A stretch of 63,495 nucleotides of DNA, filler included, from Stramenopiles sp. TOSAG23-2 (GCA_900128395.1; 53 parts of 53 records of this genome joined end to end with filler, not necessarily neighbours in it); one strand, 5' to 3'; counted from the whole stretch's first letter, positions 1 through 12,236 are shown. The notes: generated from the sequence alone by a model not told the origin. A program made the numbers and translations.

Positions 1-669
1 TTTCTCCATCATAAGCGATTGACATTTATTTATATCAGAAAGCTGTTTCAATTCAATTTCTTTCTTGTTTGTTATTACGAGTACTTGAGATTTTAAAACA
101 TCAAAAGAAGATATAACTTCATCTGTTAAAAGTTCATCATTTATAGCCCGGATGGCAATTATCCATTTTTCAAGCTTTTTCATAGTCACTAATACTTTGT
201 CACTTGATTCAACAAGATTAGATATCTTTTTGATTACGATGATCAATTCTTCACTGGATGAGGCAGCCATTAAATCTCCAACCAAATATTTCAAAGACTT
301 TTCCAAATGTTTACCATTTTTATTTTTTTGTTGCCACTCTGCAATTTGACTTTTCATACTATGATTTGGAGTCAATACTTTAGTTTTTAGCTTTATTCCT
401 GTCAACGGAGAGGTAGCATTTGTTCCTTTTTGTCTTATCCATTTTGCTATATCGTTTCTTTCATATGTTTGTCCATCAGAAGCAATAACAGGATCTTTAA
501 AAATATCACCAGAAATTGAACATATGAAATGTGCAGGCGTTGGTATTGTATTTCCACCAGTATTATTACTAGTGTTTACTAAAGTCGTTGCTGTTGTTGT
601 CGTTGTTGTTGTTGAGGTCACTAAATTCCTGGTTTGATTTGTTGTTGATGATGATGATGACGATGACAT
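1..669 (-). CDS. U-box domain protein (E3 ligase-like), 3' end runs off the window
   Basis: Manual translation from the ATG at 669 gives PAHFICSISGDIFKDPVIASDGQTYERNDIAKWI...SPLTGIKL...LTPNHSMKSQIAEW, the U-box consensus. It is absent from the ORF track because it has no stop. Confidence 0.9.
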   Translation of the reverse strand, partial: MSSSSSSSTTNQTRNLVTSTTTTTTTATTLVNTSNNTGGNTIPTPAHFICSISGDIFKDPVIASDGQTYERNDIAKWIRQKGTNATSPLTGIKLKTKVLTPNHSMKSQIAEWQQKNKNGKHLEKSLKYLVGDLMAASSSEELIIVIKKISNLVESSDKVLVTMKKLEKWIIAIRAINDELLTDEVISSFDVLKSQVLVITNKKEIELKQLSDINKCQSLMMEK

Positions 670-1109
670 GATTACAATCAATCAACTGGATACCAAAAAA
701 TAAAAACACAACTTTATATATAAACAGACTATAACTATAAATAGCGAATACAAAAATATGAAATATGATTGCACGTCTGAATTATTATATACAATCGTTT
801 GTCATCAACAAATCCAACGTATAGACGACTATATCTTATTACTCTAAAGAAATTTGTATTTATATAGTCTTCAATTATTCAAAATTCAATCAAGACAAAA
901 GCAAAACGTGCATTTTTTATGGAATAGACCACCACATTGCATGCCCAGCTGGGCCAGGCCAGCCCAGCCCAGCCAGCATGCCCAGCATGCAAAAACAACA
1001 AAACACACAATTAAAATACAAAATCCAATCTAAATCCTATATGGCAAAGTACGTATTTGTATATACTCCTGATGTAATATTGCTGGGATATTTACCTTAA
1101 TAAATATTT

Positions 1110-1209
1110 NNNNNNNNNNNNNNNNNNNNNNNNNNNNNNNNNNNNNNNNNNNNTTAATTAATTAANNNNNNNNNNNNNNNNNNNNNNNNNNNNNNNNNNN
1201 NNNNNNNNN
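1110..1209. other. Artificial contig linker (N44-TTAATTAATTAA-N44), first of about 52
   Basis: The same 100-nt spacer with six-frame stops recurs every ~1200 nt. Confidence 0.99.
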
Positions 1210-1501
1210 ATTTTAAATAACGTAATATTAATTTTACATTTGCATTATTTAAATAAAAATGACGATGTTTACTCGCAGCTGTTATTGTAATTAAATGTTT
1301 CATATCGGCCCGACTACCCTCAATCTCTAACGTCCCAGAAACTTCGACATGATCATCACCACTTATTGTACAATCATTTGATATAATAAATGTTCCTGTA
1401 TTGGTAGTATTTGCACAATTCCATTCGTTACCATATATAATAGGTAAAGATATGCATAAAATTAATAATAATAAATAGAATAGAAATGAAGATACCATCA
1501 T
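1210..1501 (-). CDS. Secreted/surface protein N-terminus (signal peptide plus beta-rich repeat-like region)
   Basis: Hydrophobic N-terminus, then C..C and ITAASKHRHFYL; truncated by the contig end. Confidence 0.6.
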
Positions 1502-1917
1502 GAATGAATTAAAAATATACTTTACTATTTATATGTTTTCTATTTCCTGTTTTTGTCGTGTTCTCACACCTAATATTAATCTATTTTCATCTAATAGATG
1601 ATATATATTATTTCGTTTTTGTTGATGATTGATAAGTGATATAAATTGGATATATATATTTTACTATTTATATTTTCTATTTCCTTCCCATGTCGTGTTC
1701 TCCCACCTATCAATCTATTTTAATATTTTAATAATTATTTTTTATTTTATTTTGCCTATTAATATTGTTTTTGTTTTTTTTTTTTTTTTTTTTTTTTTTT
1801 GGTTTGGATCTATTGGTTTGTACTTAAATATGTTAATAGTATACTAAATCGTATATGTTTCCTATTAGATGCGAGTGAAAAACACAAAAAAGTTGGTGCA
1901 CGAATAATATTTAGTGC

Positions 1918-2104
1918 TGCGGCTTCCTGTGGCCTTTTTTAACCGAAATGTGCTAAAATCAAGGCGGATCCAAATTTTATTTGCGAATTATTCCATAAAT
2001 GATACAAACTATTATGATATTTAATATTCATTTGGATAACTTTCGGAACTTATCAGGGAATAAAATTTGGAGCCGCTTTCGTGCCGATATTTCCAGCTGC
2101 CGCA
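1918..2104. mobile_element. Short inverted-repeat (MITE-like) element
   Basis: GCGGATCCAAATTTTATT (1964-1981) matches the reverse complement of 2059-2076 at 17/18; outer TGCGGC/GCCGCA pair. Confidence 0.5.
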
Positions 2105-2417
2105 CAGACGGCAAGGACCCCTGCCTTCGAGATAAAAATTAAGTGTTATCAGGAAGTTATTTTGCCTATATAAAATTGTATTCTTTAAGTGAAGTACAGA
2201 TTTGGTTGGTTTGTGTTGATTGGTGGCGATATTGTTAGTTACAATGAGGGTTCAGGATAACAGTGCTGTGTATATACTATTGACACCAATGGTATGTCTA
2301 TTCTAATCAAGTCCGTGNNNNNNNNNNNNNNNNNNNNNNNNNNNNNNNNNNNNNNNNNNNNTTAATTAATTAANNNNNNNNNNNNNNNNNNNNNNNNNNN
2401 NNNNNNNNNNNNNNNNN

Positions 2418-3234
2418 TCGCTATACGCATAAAATCTTTGTCATTCCATGAATTGAAAATTTGAGCATCTCGAAATATATCTGCTTTGTTAACTACATCG
2501 CCTTCATCAAAGCGTTTAATTGTTCTATTATATTCTAGCGATGTTAAACTTAACATCTCTACGTCTGTTGATGCTACAGCTAAATTTCTATATGGAATAC
2601 CTCGTACTAGTTCCATCTCGCACAAACTTTTTCCATCACTCACACTACCTACTGTCATAATTCTAGAATCAAATTTATGAAATACTTCCCGTTGTAAAAA
2701 AACTTTCCCAGTCCATACCACATTTAATTCTTTTGGCATTTCGCCTTCCTTACAAATCGTTGTCCCTGCCCCTATAATTTTGTATGTTATCAATTTGAAC
2801 AATTTTCTTCGTAATTTTAATGGAAACCGGTCAAAAAAATCTACGTATGGCATATGTTTCATAATTAAATCAATATCACCTTCATCTCGTTCGTCTGGTG
2901 GTACGGATAATAGCTCTTGTACAATACTTTGTCCACCATCGTCATCGTGTAACTTCTCTGCCATAAAACCTTTTTCTAAATATGGATTTAAATACTTTGG
3001 TCGATCTTCTAACTTGTAATCACTCATAGGAAAAAGTGAGTGGTCTTTATTTACCAAGGACAACATTGCAGTTTCTTTTGCTACGTTTCGCTCATAATTG
3101 TCATCTTCATTTTGTACGTAATATTCTCGTATGAATTTTCTTGCTTCTATTGTGCCATACTCAAAATTTTTCGGTAAAACACTTTTCTTATCTGGCAAAA
3201 ATTTGTTTTTCAATTCTTTATCATTACTAATCAT
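2418..3234 (-). CDS. Cyclic-nucleotide-binding domain protein (fragment)
   Basis: ERDEGDIDLI...FFDRFP...TTICKEGEMPKELNVVWTGKV...CEMELVRGIPYRNLAVA, followed by the start of a second CNB domain. Confidence 0.8.
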
Positions 3235-3291
3235 CTCATATATACTATTNNNNNNNNNNNNNNNNNNNNNNNNNNNNNNNNNNNNNNNNNN

Positions 3292-3525
3292 TGTTTTCCA
3301 TTCATGTTATATATTACACCAATATTGTAGTACGCCACTGGATTTTTTGGCTTCACTTTTGTACAACTTTCAAAATCGTCTATCGCTTTGCAGGGTTTGC
3401 CAATAATATTAAATAAGCTCGCTCGATTAAACAAAGAGGGATAATGTTTTGAGTCTGCTGTTAAAGCTTTATCAAATTTAGCCATTGCACTTCTATATGC
3501 CTTTCCTTGTATATCTACTAATCTT
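3292..3525 (-). CDS. TPR-repeat fragment, possibly the same gene as the CNB ORF across a scaffold gap
   Basis: LFNRASLF...AIDDF...PKNPVAYYNIGVIY; the N run at 3250-3291 lacks the linker motif. Confidence 0.75.
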
Positions 3526-4249
3526 NNNNNNNNNNNNNNNNNNNNNNNNNNNNNNNNNNNNNNNNNNNNTTAATTAATTAANNNNNNNNNNNNNNNNNNN
3601 NNNNNNNNNNNNNNNNNNNNNNNNNTGATATCGAATGAGGGCTAGGGATATATATAATGAATTACAGATAGAAAGGGAATGAGAGAGAGAGTGTGTTATG
3701 GGTAAAGAGATAGATAGAGAGAAATAGAGATAGAGAGAGAGAACAATTCCAGAGATAATATATATATTGTATATTATTAAATTAATAATAAAAATAATAA
3801 ATAGTAGTGCAACTAGTGGCACAGCCGGCCAGACAGCAGAGAGGAGTGTGTGGTGTAAAAAAAGAATTTAAGGAAAGTCAGTTGCTAAGTGTATATCACT
3901 TACTGTTGTAGTACGTACATTCGTATACTAGTCTACAGTATACAGCTACGTAGTTGTCCTCGTGGATGCCGTCATTCACCGCGTTTTGGCGTGGTGGATA
4001 TCGTGAGAAAACTGTAGTATCCTGGAAATATTACAGTGTACCTGGTATTATTAATAATAATGAATAAACACACGCTCATAACATCACATCTTCTCATCAA
4101 TATCACATGTGTGTACTATGTATAAAATATATATATGTGCACATCATAAAAGAAATAATGAATAGTTGAAGAGTGCAAGATATATGGATCGACAACTTAA
4201 TGCTATACATATATAATTATAAATAGACAGATAATATTGGTAATCATAT

Positions 4250-4281
<32 letters not shown>

Positions 4282-4311
4282 TTATATAAGTGAGAAAGAT
4301 TAAGAATAAAA

Positions 4312-4733
4312 ATGATTCAAACAAAAATGATTCAAATCATAAATATACTATTTACGATATGTTTTATATTAATGATTAATTTACAAACAGTTCTATCACA
4401 AAATGAAGGTGATGGACAGCCAACATCATTAGGATATTGGTTAATTGCATTGATGGTTGGCGTACCATTGCTGATGATATTCTTTAATATCTTGATTATA
4501 CGATATTATAACGATAAAGAAGATAATTGGAAGGCATATTTTCCAAAAACAATCGCCGTACTTACATTGACATTTGCTGAAGCTGCAATTTTTTTATTGC
4601 CATTAGATGTTGCAAATGGCGGTGGTGCAGTAGGATGCGGTGCATGGTTGGATTCAAAAGGTTTATGCGGGAATTTGCGATTGGATATTGTATGGCAATT
4701 TGTTGTTGTTGGTGTCATTGTATTTATTTACAA
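4312..4733 (+). CDS. LMBR1-like membrane protein, N-terminal part
   Basis: YY..KED..AYFPK..AV..LT......LLPLDVAN motif and multiple TM helices. Confidence 0.85.
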
Positions 4734-5293
4734 NNNNNNNNNNNNNNNNNNNNNNNNNNNNNNNNNNNNNNNNNNNNTTAATTAATTAANNNNNNNNNNN
4801 NNNNNNNNNNNNNNNNNNNNNNNNNNNNNNNNNCGTTGAAGTTTCATACGTGGAAAAAGATGCAATCTCATAAGCGAAGGCGTTGTGAAGAGGATGATGG
4901 TGATACTACCAATTTAGTATACTAATAACATCATGCACATATTTTTTTTTGTCACAGCTACAACAGGCACACAGTATAGGGTTTTGCACTTTTCATAAAA
5001 AATACATGTATATATCCCCATGAATATGTACATTTTTTTATATATTCTTCTAGACAAGCTCTAATGTGCAAAGTGGAATAGATAGAAAGACGACAGATTG
5101 TGTGTATATATGTGTGTGTGTTTTAAATAAGCAACACAAGCATTATTAATTGAGAACGTGTATCATTGTTTATCGTTTTTTGATTTTATTCTATGTAGTA
5201 TATGTAAAAATTATTGTGTTGTAGTATATAATATATTATTTATTATATATCCAATAGAGAGAAGAGGAAGAAAAAAAACAAATTAAAAAGAAA

Positions 5294-5821
5294 ATGGGAT
5301 GTAATAATACGAAAAAAAAGAAATTAAATGTCGTCTTCCTAGGCAGTGAATCATCAGGGAAAACATCATTATTATATAAAATGAGATTGAAAAATGCAAA
5401 TCCAATATTCGATCCGACTAATTCATTTAATTATGAAATTATACAACAAAAATATAGAGACGTCATGTTTGAATTGCATGCATTTGATTTAGCTGGAAAG
5501 AAAGAATTGCAAATATGTTGGCCAATGTTTTATGAAAATATGCCTGTAGATGTTTTATGTGTAGTTGTACATGCATGCCAACGTGAGAAGATAGACGATG
5601 TTAAAAAAATATATAAACGATTAACAAATGAAAGTAATTTAACTGGAAGCATGAAAATTATCGTTTCAAATGTTGATAAAAAAGATCAAATAAATGCAAT
5701 GTCAGAAGAGGAATTGCGATCAAAATTAGACGCAACATCATCTATACCAATTTTAGAAATTGATTGTTCCACTGGTAGAGGATTAATTGGGTTCTATAAT
5801 TATTTATATCAACGTGCATGA
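5294..5821 (+). CDS. ARF/ARL-family small GTPase (divergent)
   Basis: MG N-terminus, GSESSGKT P-loop, DLAG, W..FY, NVDKKD, CSTGRGL. Confidence 0.85.
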   Translation: MGCNNTKKKKLNVVFLGSESSGKTSLLYKMRLKNANPIFDPTNSFNYEIIQQKYRDVMFELHAFDLAGKKELQICWPMFYENMPVDVLCVVVHACQREKIDDVKKIYKRLTNESNLTGSMKIIVSNVDKKDQINAMSEEELRSKLDATSSIPILEIDCSTGRGLIGFYNYLYQRA

Positions 5822-6041
5822 GAAAGTAAAAATGTGTGATCTGTTTGTGTCATATGTCAATGCAATAATGTAATAATATAAAAATGAAAAAAATAGGGAA
5901 GACATTTTAGCGATTGATAATTGGAAACGCTCCTTTCCCGTNNNNNNNNNNNNNNNNNNNNNNNNNNNNNNNNNNNNNNNNNNNNTTAATTAATTAANNN
6001 NNNNNNNNNNNNNNNNNNNNNNNNNNNNNNNNNNNNNNNNN

Positions 6042-7105
6042 AAAGTATTGAATATAATATTTGATGTACATGTCCAATTTTGATCCAGCATCGTTGGCAT
6101 ATCATTTTCACCAGTTAAATGTGTGTTTCGATTCGTTGGTAACATCTTACTATCAATCTCTGAAAATGTATCTTTTGAATCTGAATTGATGATGCTTGTT
6201 GGTTTAGAAGTAGTATCGGTAATGAAATCACCTTTAGATTTTCCCCAACTAGCATCTGCACCAATTATATATGGTAAATAACTAACAGAAGGTGGATTCG
6301 GGCATCCTAAATCACCCCAATCGGTCATTAAAAAACCTTTGCAATTATTATGGTATTTTTGTCCAACTACAGCTGCAAAATGTAAATTTCGTATCGTATT
6401 TTTCGTTCTTCCAGCAAATGATGCCCATGAAGATGTTCCTGGGCATACATAAAATGGCACACATACATCATCAAAACGTTTACAGTTTTTTAGAAATGGA
6501 TGCCAATCATCATATCCCCATTCTAAAATAGTAACTCCTTCCTTTGGTATTTTATGCACGGTTTCTGGGCGATTATGATAGAAATCACCCCAACACATCA
6601 TGTTTTCTATTTCTTGCTGCTTACACCAATCTTGCATTTTATTTAAATAACCTAAAAATAAATCAATGGTACCTTCTTTCTTCCATATCTCATTTGATCG
6701 ACCTAATCCTAAATCAAAAACTTCGTCTAAATTGACATTAAATGCATTTTTCGTACGTACATGTTCCCTCATCTCCTTTATCAATGCAATGGATAACTCG
6801 AACGAGCGTTCATCGGTTACATTTAGACTGTAGGGTTCAATATCTAATGAAAATGGGTGGGGATTTCCATTTGGGCATTCTGCTAAATGTTTATATTTTT
6901 CATGTTTTAACCAACGATGCATATGGCCTAATGTATTTTGACTTGGTATTAACTTGATATGATGTAATGCACAATATTTATCAATTTCCTTTAACTCTTC
7001 CCCAGTAATCGGTGATGAATTTTTCCATATGTCTGGATGATCTTTATATGCAAATGCATGTTCGCAATATAATTGTAATTGATTGTATTTAAATGAAGCT
7101 AACAT
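6042..7105 (-). CDS. Glycoside hydrolase family 20 (beta-N-acetylhexosaminidase-like), fragment
   Basis: KYNQLQLY.EH.F, LIP.QN.LGH, NVNLDE catalytic pair, WGD, EWGY, VCPGTSSW, TDWGD. Confidence 0.88.
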
Positions 7106-7249
7106 TGTAATTAACTTTTGTATATATTTATATATAGATATAAACCATGNNNNNNNNNNNNNNNNNNNNNNNNNNNNNNNNNNNNNNNNNNNNTTAATTA
7201 ATTAANNNNNNNNNNNNNNNNNNNNNNNNNNNNNNNNNNNNNNNNNNNN

Positions 7250-8053
7250 ACAACAACTAAAAATACTGCCAATGGGAATAATCAAAATTCAATTGGTACG
7301 AATCAATCAAATAGTATAACAAATAATACCAATCTTAGTATGTTGCCATCAACGTCATCGACAATAACAACTAATAATAATAGTAATAGTAATAGTCAAA
7401 ATATTGATATGTCTTTGTTAAAACCAACACCGTTACGTTCAAGAAGTGTCAGTTTCGCACAGTCTGGTGCATATAGTGTCCCTGGGCAAGAATTATCAGC
7501 ATTAGGTTCGAAACCATTATCCATGGGGCCATTAACAGATCCATACGTACGGAAACGTATTGTGAACTTGATTGCAACTATGAACGCTACGTTTCAAGAT
7601 TATGATTTTAGTACTGTCAAACCAGAACGTTTTGTACGTCATCAAAGTTATAAAGATATTATGCCAGTTATTAATAAAAATTTTGCTGAAGTTGTTGAAA
7701 TACATAATCGTGGATTTTTAAAAATATTATGGGATGCATTGGATGATGCTATTAATGTACGTGAATGCGAAGTATTTAGTTATATAGTAGATGATGAAGA
7801 TCCAAAAGCAGTAACAGGTGATTTATGGTCGATTAATTATTTCTTTTTTAATAGTTCAATGAATCGTATGGCATATTTAAAATGTATTGCAAATAGTAAA
7901 TTTAGGAAAAATTATGATGATATGATGGAAGAGGAAGATAGTGATTATGATGATGAATATGGTATGGGTGGAGATCCATTAAATGATTCACAACAATTTT
8001 ATCAAGTCACAGAAATGGTTGATGATGATCAAGAAATGGATGGTGTGTATTAA
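7250..8053 (+). CDS. MAF1: Maf1, repressor of RNA polymerase III (5' truncated)
   Basis: LIATMNATF.DYDFS..KPE.F, LWDALD.AI....CEVFSY, LWS.NYFFFN, acidic tail. Confidence 0.92.
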   Translation, partial: TTTKNTANGNNQNSIGTNQSNSITNNTNLSMLPSTSSTITTNNNSNSNSQNIDMSLLKPTPLRSRSVSFAQSGAYSVPGQELSALGSKPLSMGPLTDPYVRKRIVNLIATMNATFQDYDFSTVKPERFVRHQSYKDIMPVINKNFAEVVEIHNRGFLKILWDALDDAINVRECEVFSYIVDDEDPKAVTGDLWSINYFFFNSSMNRMAYLKCIANSKFRKNYDDMMEEEDSDYDDEYGMGGDPLNDSQQFYQVTEMVDDDQEMDGVY

Positions 8054-8455
8054 GAAATCGCACACGTATATATATATGATATATTATAAACCTCTGTATG
8101 TTTGATGTTTTAAAAATACGAAATACATGTATATATGAACCACAATGTGTTCGAGAGAGAAAGAGAGAAAAAAAAGATTTTTATTATTAATACCGACGGG
8201 GGTAATATAAAAATTTTTTACACGCGAGATAGAGTGTGTTCGTATATACTCTTTCATATGTTTATAACGTACGAACATGTTGGAAGGTACTTTGTGCTTG
8301 TAGAGTATTAGTTTGCAGAGGTGCATTAGAGCTTTACTATAGTAGGATAGCATATNNNNNNNNNNNNNNNNNNNNNNNNNNNNNNNNNNNNNNNNNNNNT
8401 TAATTAATTAANNNNNNNNNNNNNNNNNNNNNNNNNNNNNNNNNNNNNNNNNNNN

Positions 8456-8803
8456 CAGTATTTAATTCGTGAAGTGTTAGATAACAAGAAAAAAGAATAC
8501 GAATCGTATTTCCAACAAGGCTTGTACCAAAACAATTTAAAATCACGTAGAGGATCAAAAAATGGTGGTGTAAAAAAAAATTATAAGAAAAAAGGGAAAA
8601 AAAATCAACAAGGTACTAATAAAAATAAAAAGACAAGGAGAAATAGTAAAAGTGCTGTCCAGGCTGTTGGTAACAAAAAAAGCAGTGGTGATGATGGAGA
8701 AAAGTCAAAAAAAAATGTTGTTGTCGAAATAAGGAAAGATGAAAAAGTTGAAGTGACGAATGATGAGACGACTGTGGAATCCGAGGAAACAACTGACGTA
8801 TAA
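8456..8803 (+). CDS. Lys-rich C-terminus of an unknown protein
   Basis: Open frame from the contig start to TAA; no recognisable domain. Confidence 0.5.
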   Translation, partial: QYLIREVLDNKKKEYESYFQQGLYQNNLKSRRGSKNGGVKKNYKKKGKKNQQGTNKNKKTRRNSKSAVQAVGNKKSSGDDGEKSKKNVVVEIRKDEKVEVTNDETTVESEETTDV

Positions 8804-9239
8804 TAGTAGAGGTAGAGAAAAGGAATCCGGTTTCATCAGGAATTACCACCACACGCACATAATGGGGGAGAGGAGTAAATTAAATATTATGTGTGTAAAT
8901 TAAAGTGTTATATAATTAATATATAATAATATATTCTGTGGATTTCAATGGACTCTATCGCAATATGTCTACGATTCATTGTCCATCTTTTCAGTTTAGT
9001 GAGATAGATTTGTCTCAGTTATTGTATGATATTCTTTCTGGAGAGTATGCATATGATAGGAATTATCATATGAGTAAATTAAAAAATAAGTTATTGCATT
9101 TTAATTATATCAAGTAATATATATTAATAATATAATACTCGTATTATATTCGTATGTTGCTGTGTCTGTGTGTAATACGTAGTCGTTCGTATGATTAAAA
9201 CGAAAAATATTAAATATTCTCGCGCCCCTTTTTCTTTTT

Positions 9240-9561
9240 CTATTTTTCTAAAATGTTGGTGGTGCCATTAATCTTCAACATGTCTTTCAGTCCATGTATT
9301 TCAATAATTTCATCCTTCGCCTTTTCACAGGATTCGCGTTTCAGAAGCATACGTTTTCCATGTTCAAATAGAATATCAAATGTCAAAACTTTTGGATCGA
9401 GAGTAATTTCTGCAAAATGTCTTAAATTTTTAGGTTTCGTACCATTAATTTTTTCAACTTTATAATTCTTCCACGACTGGTACCCAAAATTAATATCATG
9501 TGCTAAAATATGTGAAAGTATTACAAATTGCTCATCTAAATCCTCTTCAAAATCCATTAGC
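9240..9561 (-). CDS. Deg/HtrA protease C-terminal PDZ region (Deg2/Deg9-like)
   Basis: EQFVILSHILAHDINFGYQ...VEKINGTKPKNLRH. Confidence 0.82.
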
Positions 9562-9661
9562 NNNNNNNNNNNNNNNNNNNNNNNNNNNNNNNNNNNNNNN
9601 NNNNNTTAATTAATTAANNNNNNNNNNNNNNNNNNNNNNNNNNNNNNNNNNNNNNNNNNNN

Positions 9662-9719
9662 ACGATCACAATGAGCCACCTAACCCTAACCCCAACCCTA
9701 CACGATCAATGAGCCATCA
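9662..9719. repeat. Short repeat enclosing CCCTAA telomere-like hexamers
   Basis: ACGATCA(C)AATGAGCCA occurs twice, flanking CCTAACCCTAACCCCAACCCTA. Confidence 0.7.
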
Positions 9720-9969
9720 AGTCCATTTTCTTTCATCTTCATAGTCTAGCAAGTACACAGGATGAGCCAGTCCATTCGACTTCTTCGGGGAAAAGAAGCA
9801 CAAAAGAGGGGAAAAAATCACTAAAAAAACATAAAAAATGATGTTGTTGTGCATGTGTGTATATACTTTGTTTCGAGATCAACTGATAGTATATCAAAAT
9901 AAAAAGACGAAATTGTTGTAACATTTATATTTAGTTATATTTAGTTAGTTACTTCGTTCAATAACGACG

Positions 9970-10470
9970 ATGAAAATGTATCATGGATATCAAATAATAT
10001 ATATGATGATGTTAAGTTGTTATATGGTATTATTAGTAGGAAATGTAATAGTAGTAGAAAGTGTAGAAGTGAAATCATTATCGTTTTTACGTAGTAAAGC
10101 AATACCAATGTTGTCGCCGGAAAAATGCGCAACGTTGGCCAATGCGCCGCCATCCGAGCCAATCTTGGAGAAAGAACGTTGTAGTTTATGTGAATTGATC
10201 GTTGAAAATAGTAGACAATGGAACTGGGTTGGTCATTATTCATCGATGTGTGAAGGTGTACCACCACATGCACAAGAATGGTGTGAATATTATGCATGCA
10301 AATTAGCAGAGTGTGGTTTCTTCCGTTCCAATACATGCAAAGTTATCAATTCAGTAGATCAAAAAGACGTAGTACAAATGAACCCATGCCCTGCAAAATA
10401 TTTATGTTCATATTGTTTACAAATACCTAGAACACAAGTCTTTGGTTGTTTTGATGATACCACTGCATAA
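9970..10470 (+). CDS. Small secreted Cys-rich protein, saposin-like pattern
   Basis: Signal peptide, C.LC..IV, later MC..VP....WC; complete ORF. Confidence 0.6.
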   Translation: MKMYHGYQIIYMMMLSCYMVLLVGNVIVVESVEVKSLSFLRSKAIPMLSPEKCATLANAPPSEPILEKERCSLCELIVENSRQWNWVGHYSSMCEGVPPHAQEWCEYYACKLAECGFFRSNTCKVINSVDQKDVVQMNPCPAKYLCSYCLQIPRTQVFGCFDDTTA

Positions 10471-10867
10471 TGTATTACAATTTAAGTTTAACGTTCCAAT
10501 ATTATTATTTATTTATTTTAATGACGGAGGAGGACACGGGGAACGGAAAGGTGTGAAGAGTGAAATTATTTAAAAACAAAGAGAAAAACTAAAAAAATAT
10601 ATTCCGGTGTAGACGCTAGCTTAATTCTTTAAAACGAGTCTAATTTCTAATTATACACACTACACACCCTTTTTCTAAAAATAATTTTGTTTCTTGTTTC
10701 CAAACTATTGTGCTATTCAAAAATGTTAAAATACAACACAAATTTTTACTGCTCTCTTCTTGTCTCTNNNNNNNNNNNNNNNNNNNNNNNNNNNNNNNNN
10801 NNNNNNNNNNNTTAATTAATTAANNNNNNNNNNNNNNNNNNNNNNNNNNNNNNNNNNNNNNNNNNNN

Positions 10868-11783
10868 TAGAGATAAGGATGGTTTTCCATTGCAACAAAA
10901 TTGTCAAGATGATCACCAAACAAAAATTGGGTATGATTGGAAAACCATGGACAGAATGAACATACGTATTTACGCAAACGCATGTGATAATGTGAATAAA
11001 AGGTTTAAAAGGGAGGAAGAAGAGGTGTCCGAAGTATATTTTGGAAATAAATCAGTCATAAAATTTGGTAAATGGAAATTAGTACGATTGAAAGCGCGTG
11101 CAAAAAAAAGAGAGGGGGTTGTTCCAGATTATCCACCAAAACTGGTCATCCAATGGGCTGTATTTATGAAAGTGAAAGGTTTTTTTGTGCCACCACCATT
11201 ATCAATATTACTTGTCTTCCCAGAACCGTTAAAAGATCGCCATGTTGTTTATATAGCGCCTACATACGACAGGTACATTCCAACTGGTGAAGCACGTAGA
11301 TTTATATTATCGACATTTGATGTGCTTTTGTATCCTGGGTATTTTGCATTTGGTTGGGGAGAATCGGCACGATTTATGTCTGAAAACGTGGCCATTAATT
11401 ATGGCGGTTTTGGAATAAAGGGAAGTGATATGGATGATCTACTTCAGACAAGAATAGTAAAAGCCGCTCGGTCGGATACACCAGTGGATAAGTTTTTTCT
11501 TGCAGATAGAACCGATGTCAGGTTGTCATGTAGATGTAAGTGTGGTGAATGCAACGAACCTGCACAACCAAATCTACAACGTGCACGATGTAATACCTGT
11601 CACAGTGGCAGATGTCCAGTATTGAAAAGGAAGAAGAGGTTTCAAATGATGCGTGCTAATGTACATGGTATGCGTAATAAGAATGTATTTGGTATGAATA
11701 ATAAGAATACCAAGAGGATGGAAGGGGTAGAAGACAGTTGTTACCGTGACAAGGTTTCAAATGATGGCTCATCACAATTGTAA
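10868..11783 (+). CDS. Unknown protein with a Cys-rich C-terminal region, weak JmjC-like resemblance
   Basis: About 300-aa open frame; LYPGYFAFGW..SENVAINYG followed by CRCKCGEC...CNTC...C. Confidence 0.5.
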
Positions 11784-12073
11784 AAATACAAATACATGAG
11801 GGTTCAAATGTATGTTATAATAATTTGAAGTTTTTACTATACATACATATATATATATATATTATATACGTACATTACTTTGTATATAATATATTAATTT
11901 CTCTTACTCATATCTGGTATTCGAGGATCGAAAATAAGGTTTTGTCCTGATTTTGGACATTCTACGTCCAGTGNNNNNNNNNNNNNNNNNNNNNNNNNNN
12001 NNNNNNNNNNNNNNNNNTTAATTAATTAANNNNNNNNNNNNNNNNNNNNNNNNNNNNNNNNNNNNNNNNNNNN

Positions 12074-12236
12074 CTATTTTATAAATTGATAGAAATGTTA
12101 TAAATCCTAAAACCATGTATTTTATTTTGGAGGGTGATCCCCTGCATCCCTTCTTCCCCATCCCTTTCGATGACGAAGACAATTTATACGACGGCAACCC
12201 ATTTTCAACATCACGTTCTTTTCTTCGTAGCGCCAT
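12074..12236 (-). CDS. N-terminus of a probable type II membrane protein
   Basis: ATG, basic stretch, one TM segment, then the contig end. Confidence 0.5.

Noticed and set aside
1110..1209. Regularly spaced TTAATTAATTAA motif
   Set aside because: Artificial six-frame-stop linker between contigs; ORF ends such as XXXLIN are artefacts.
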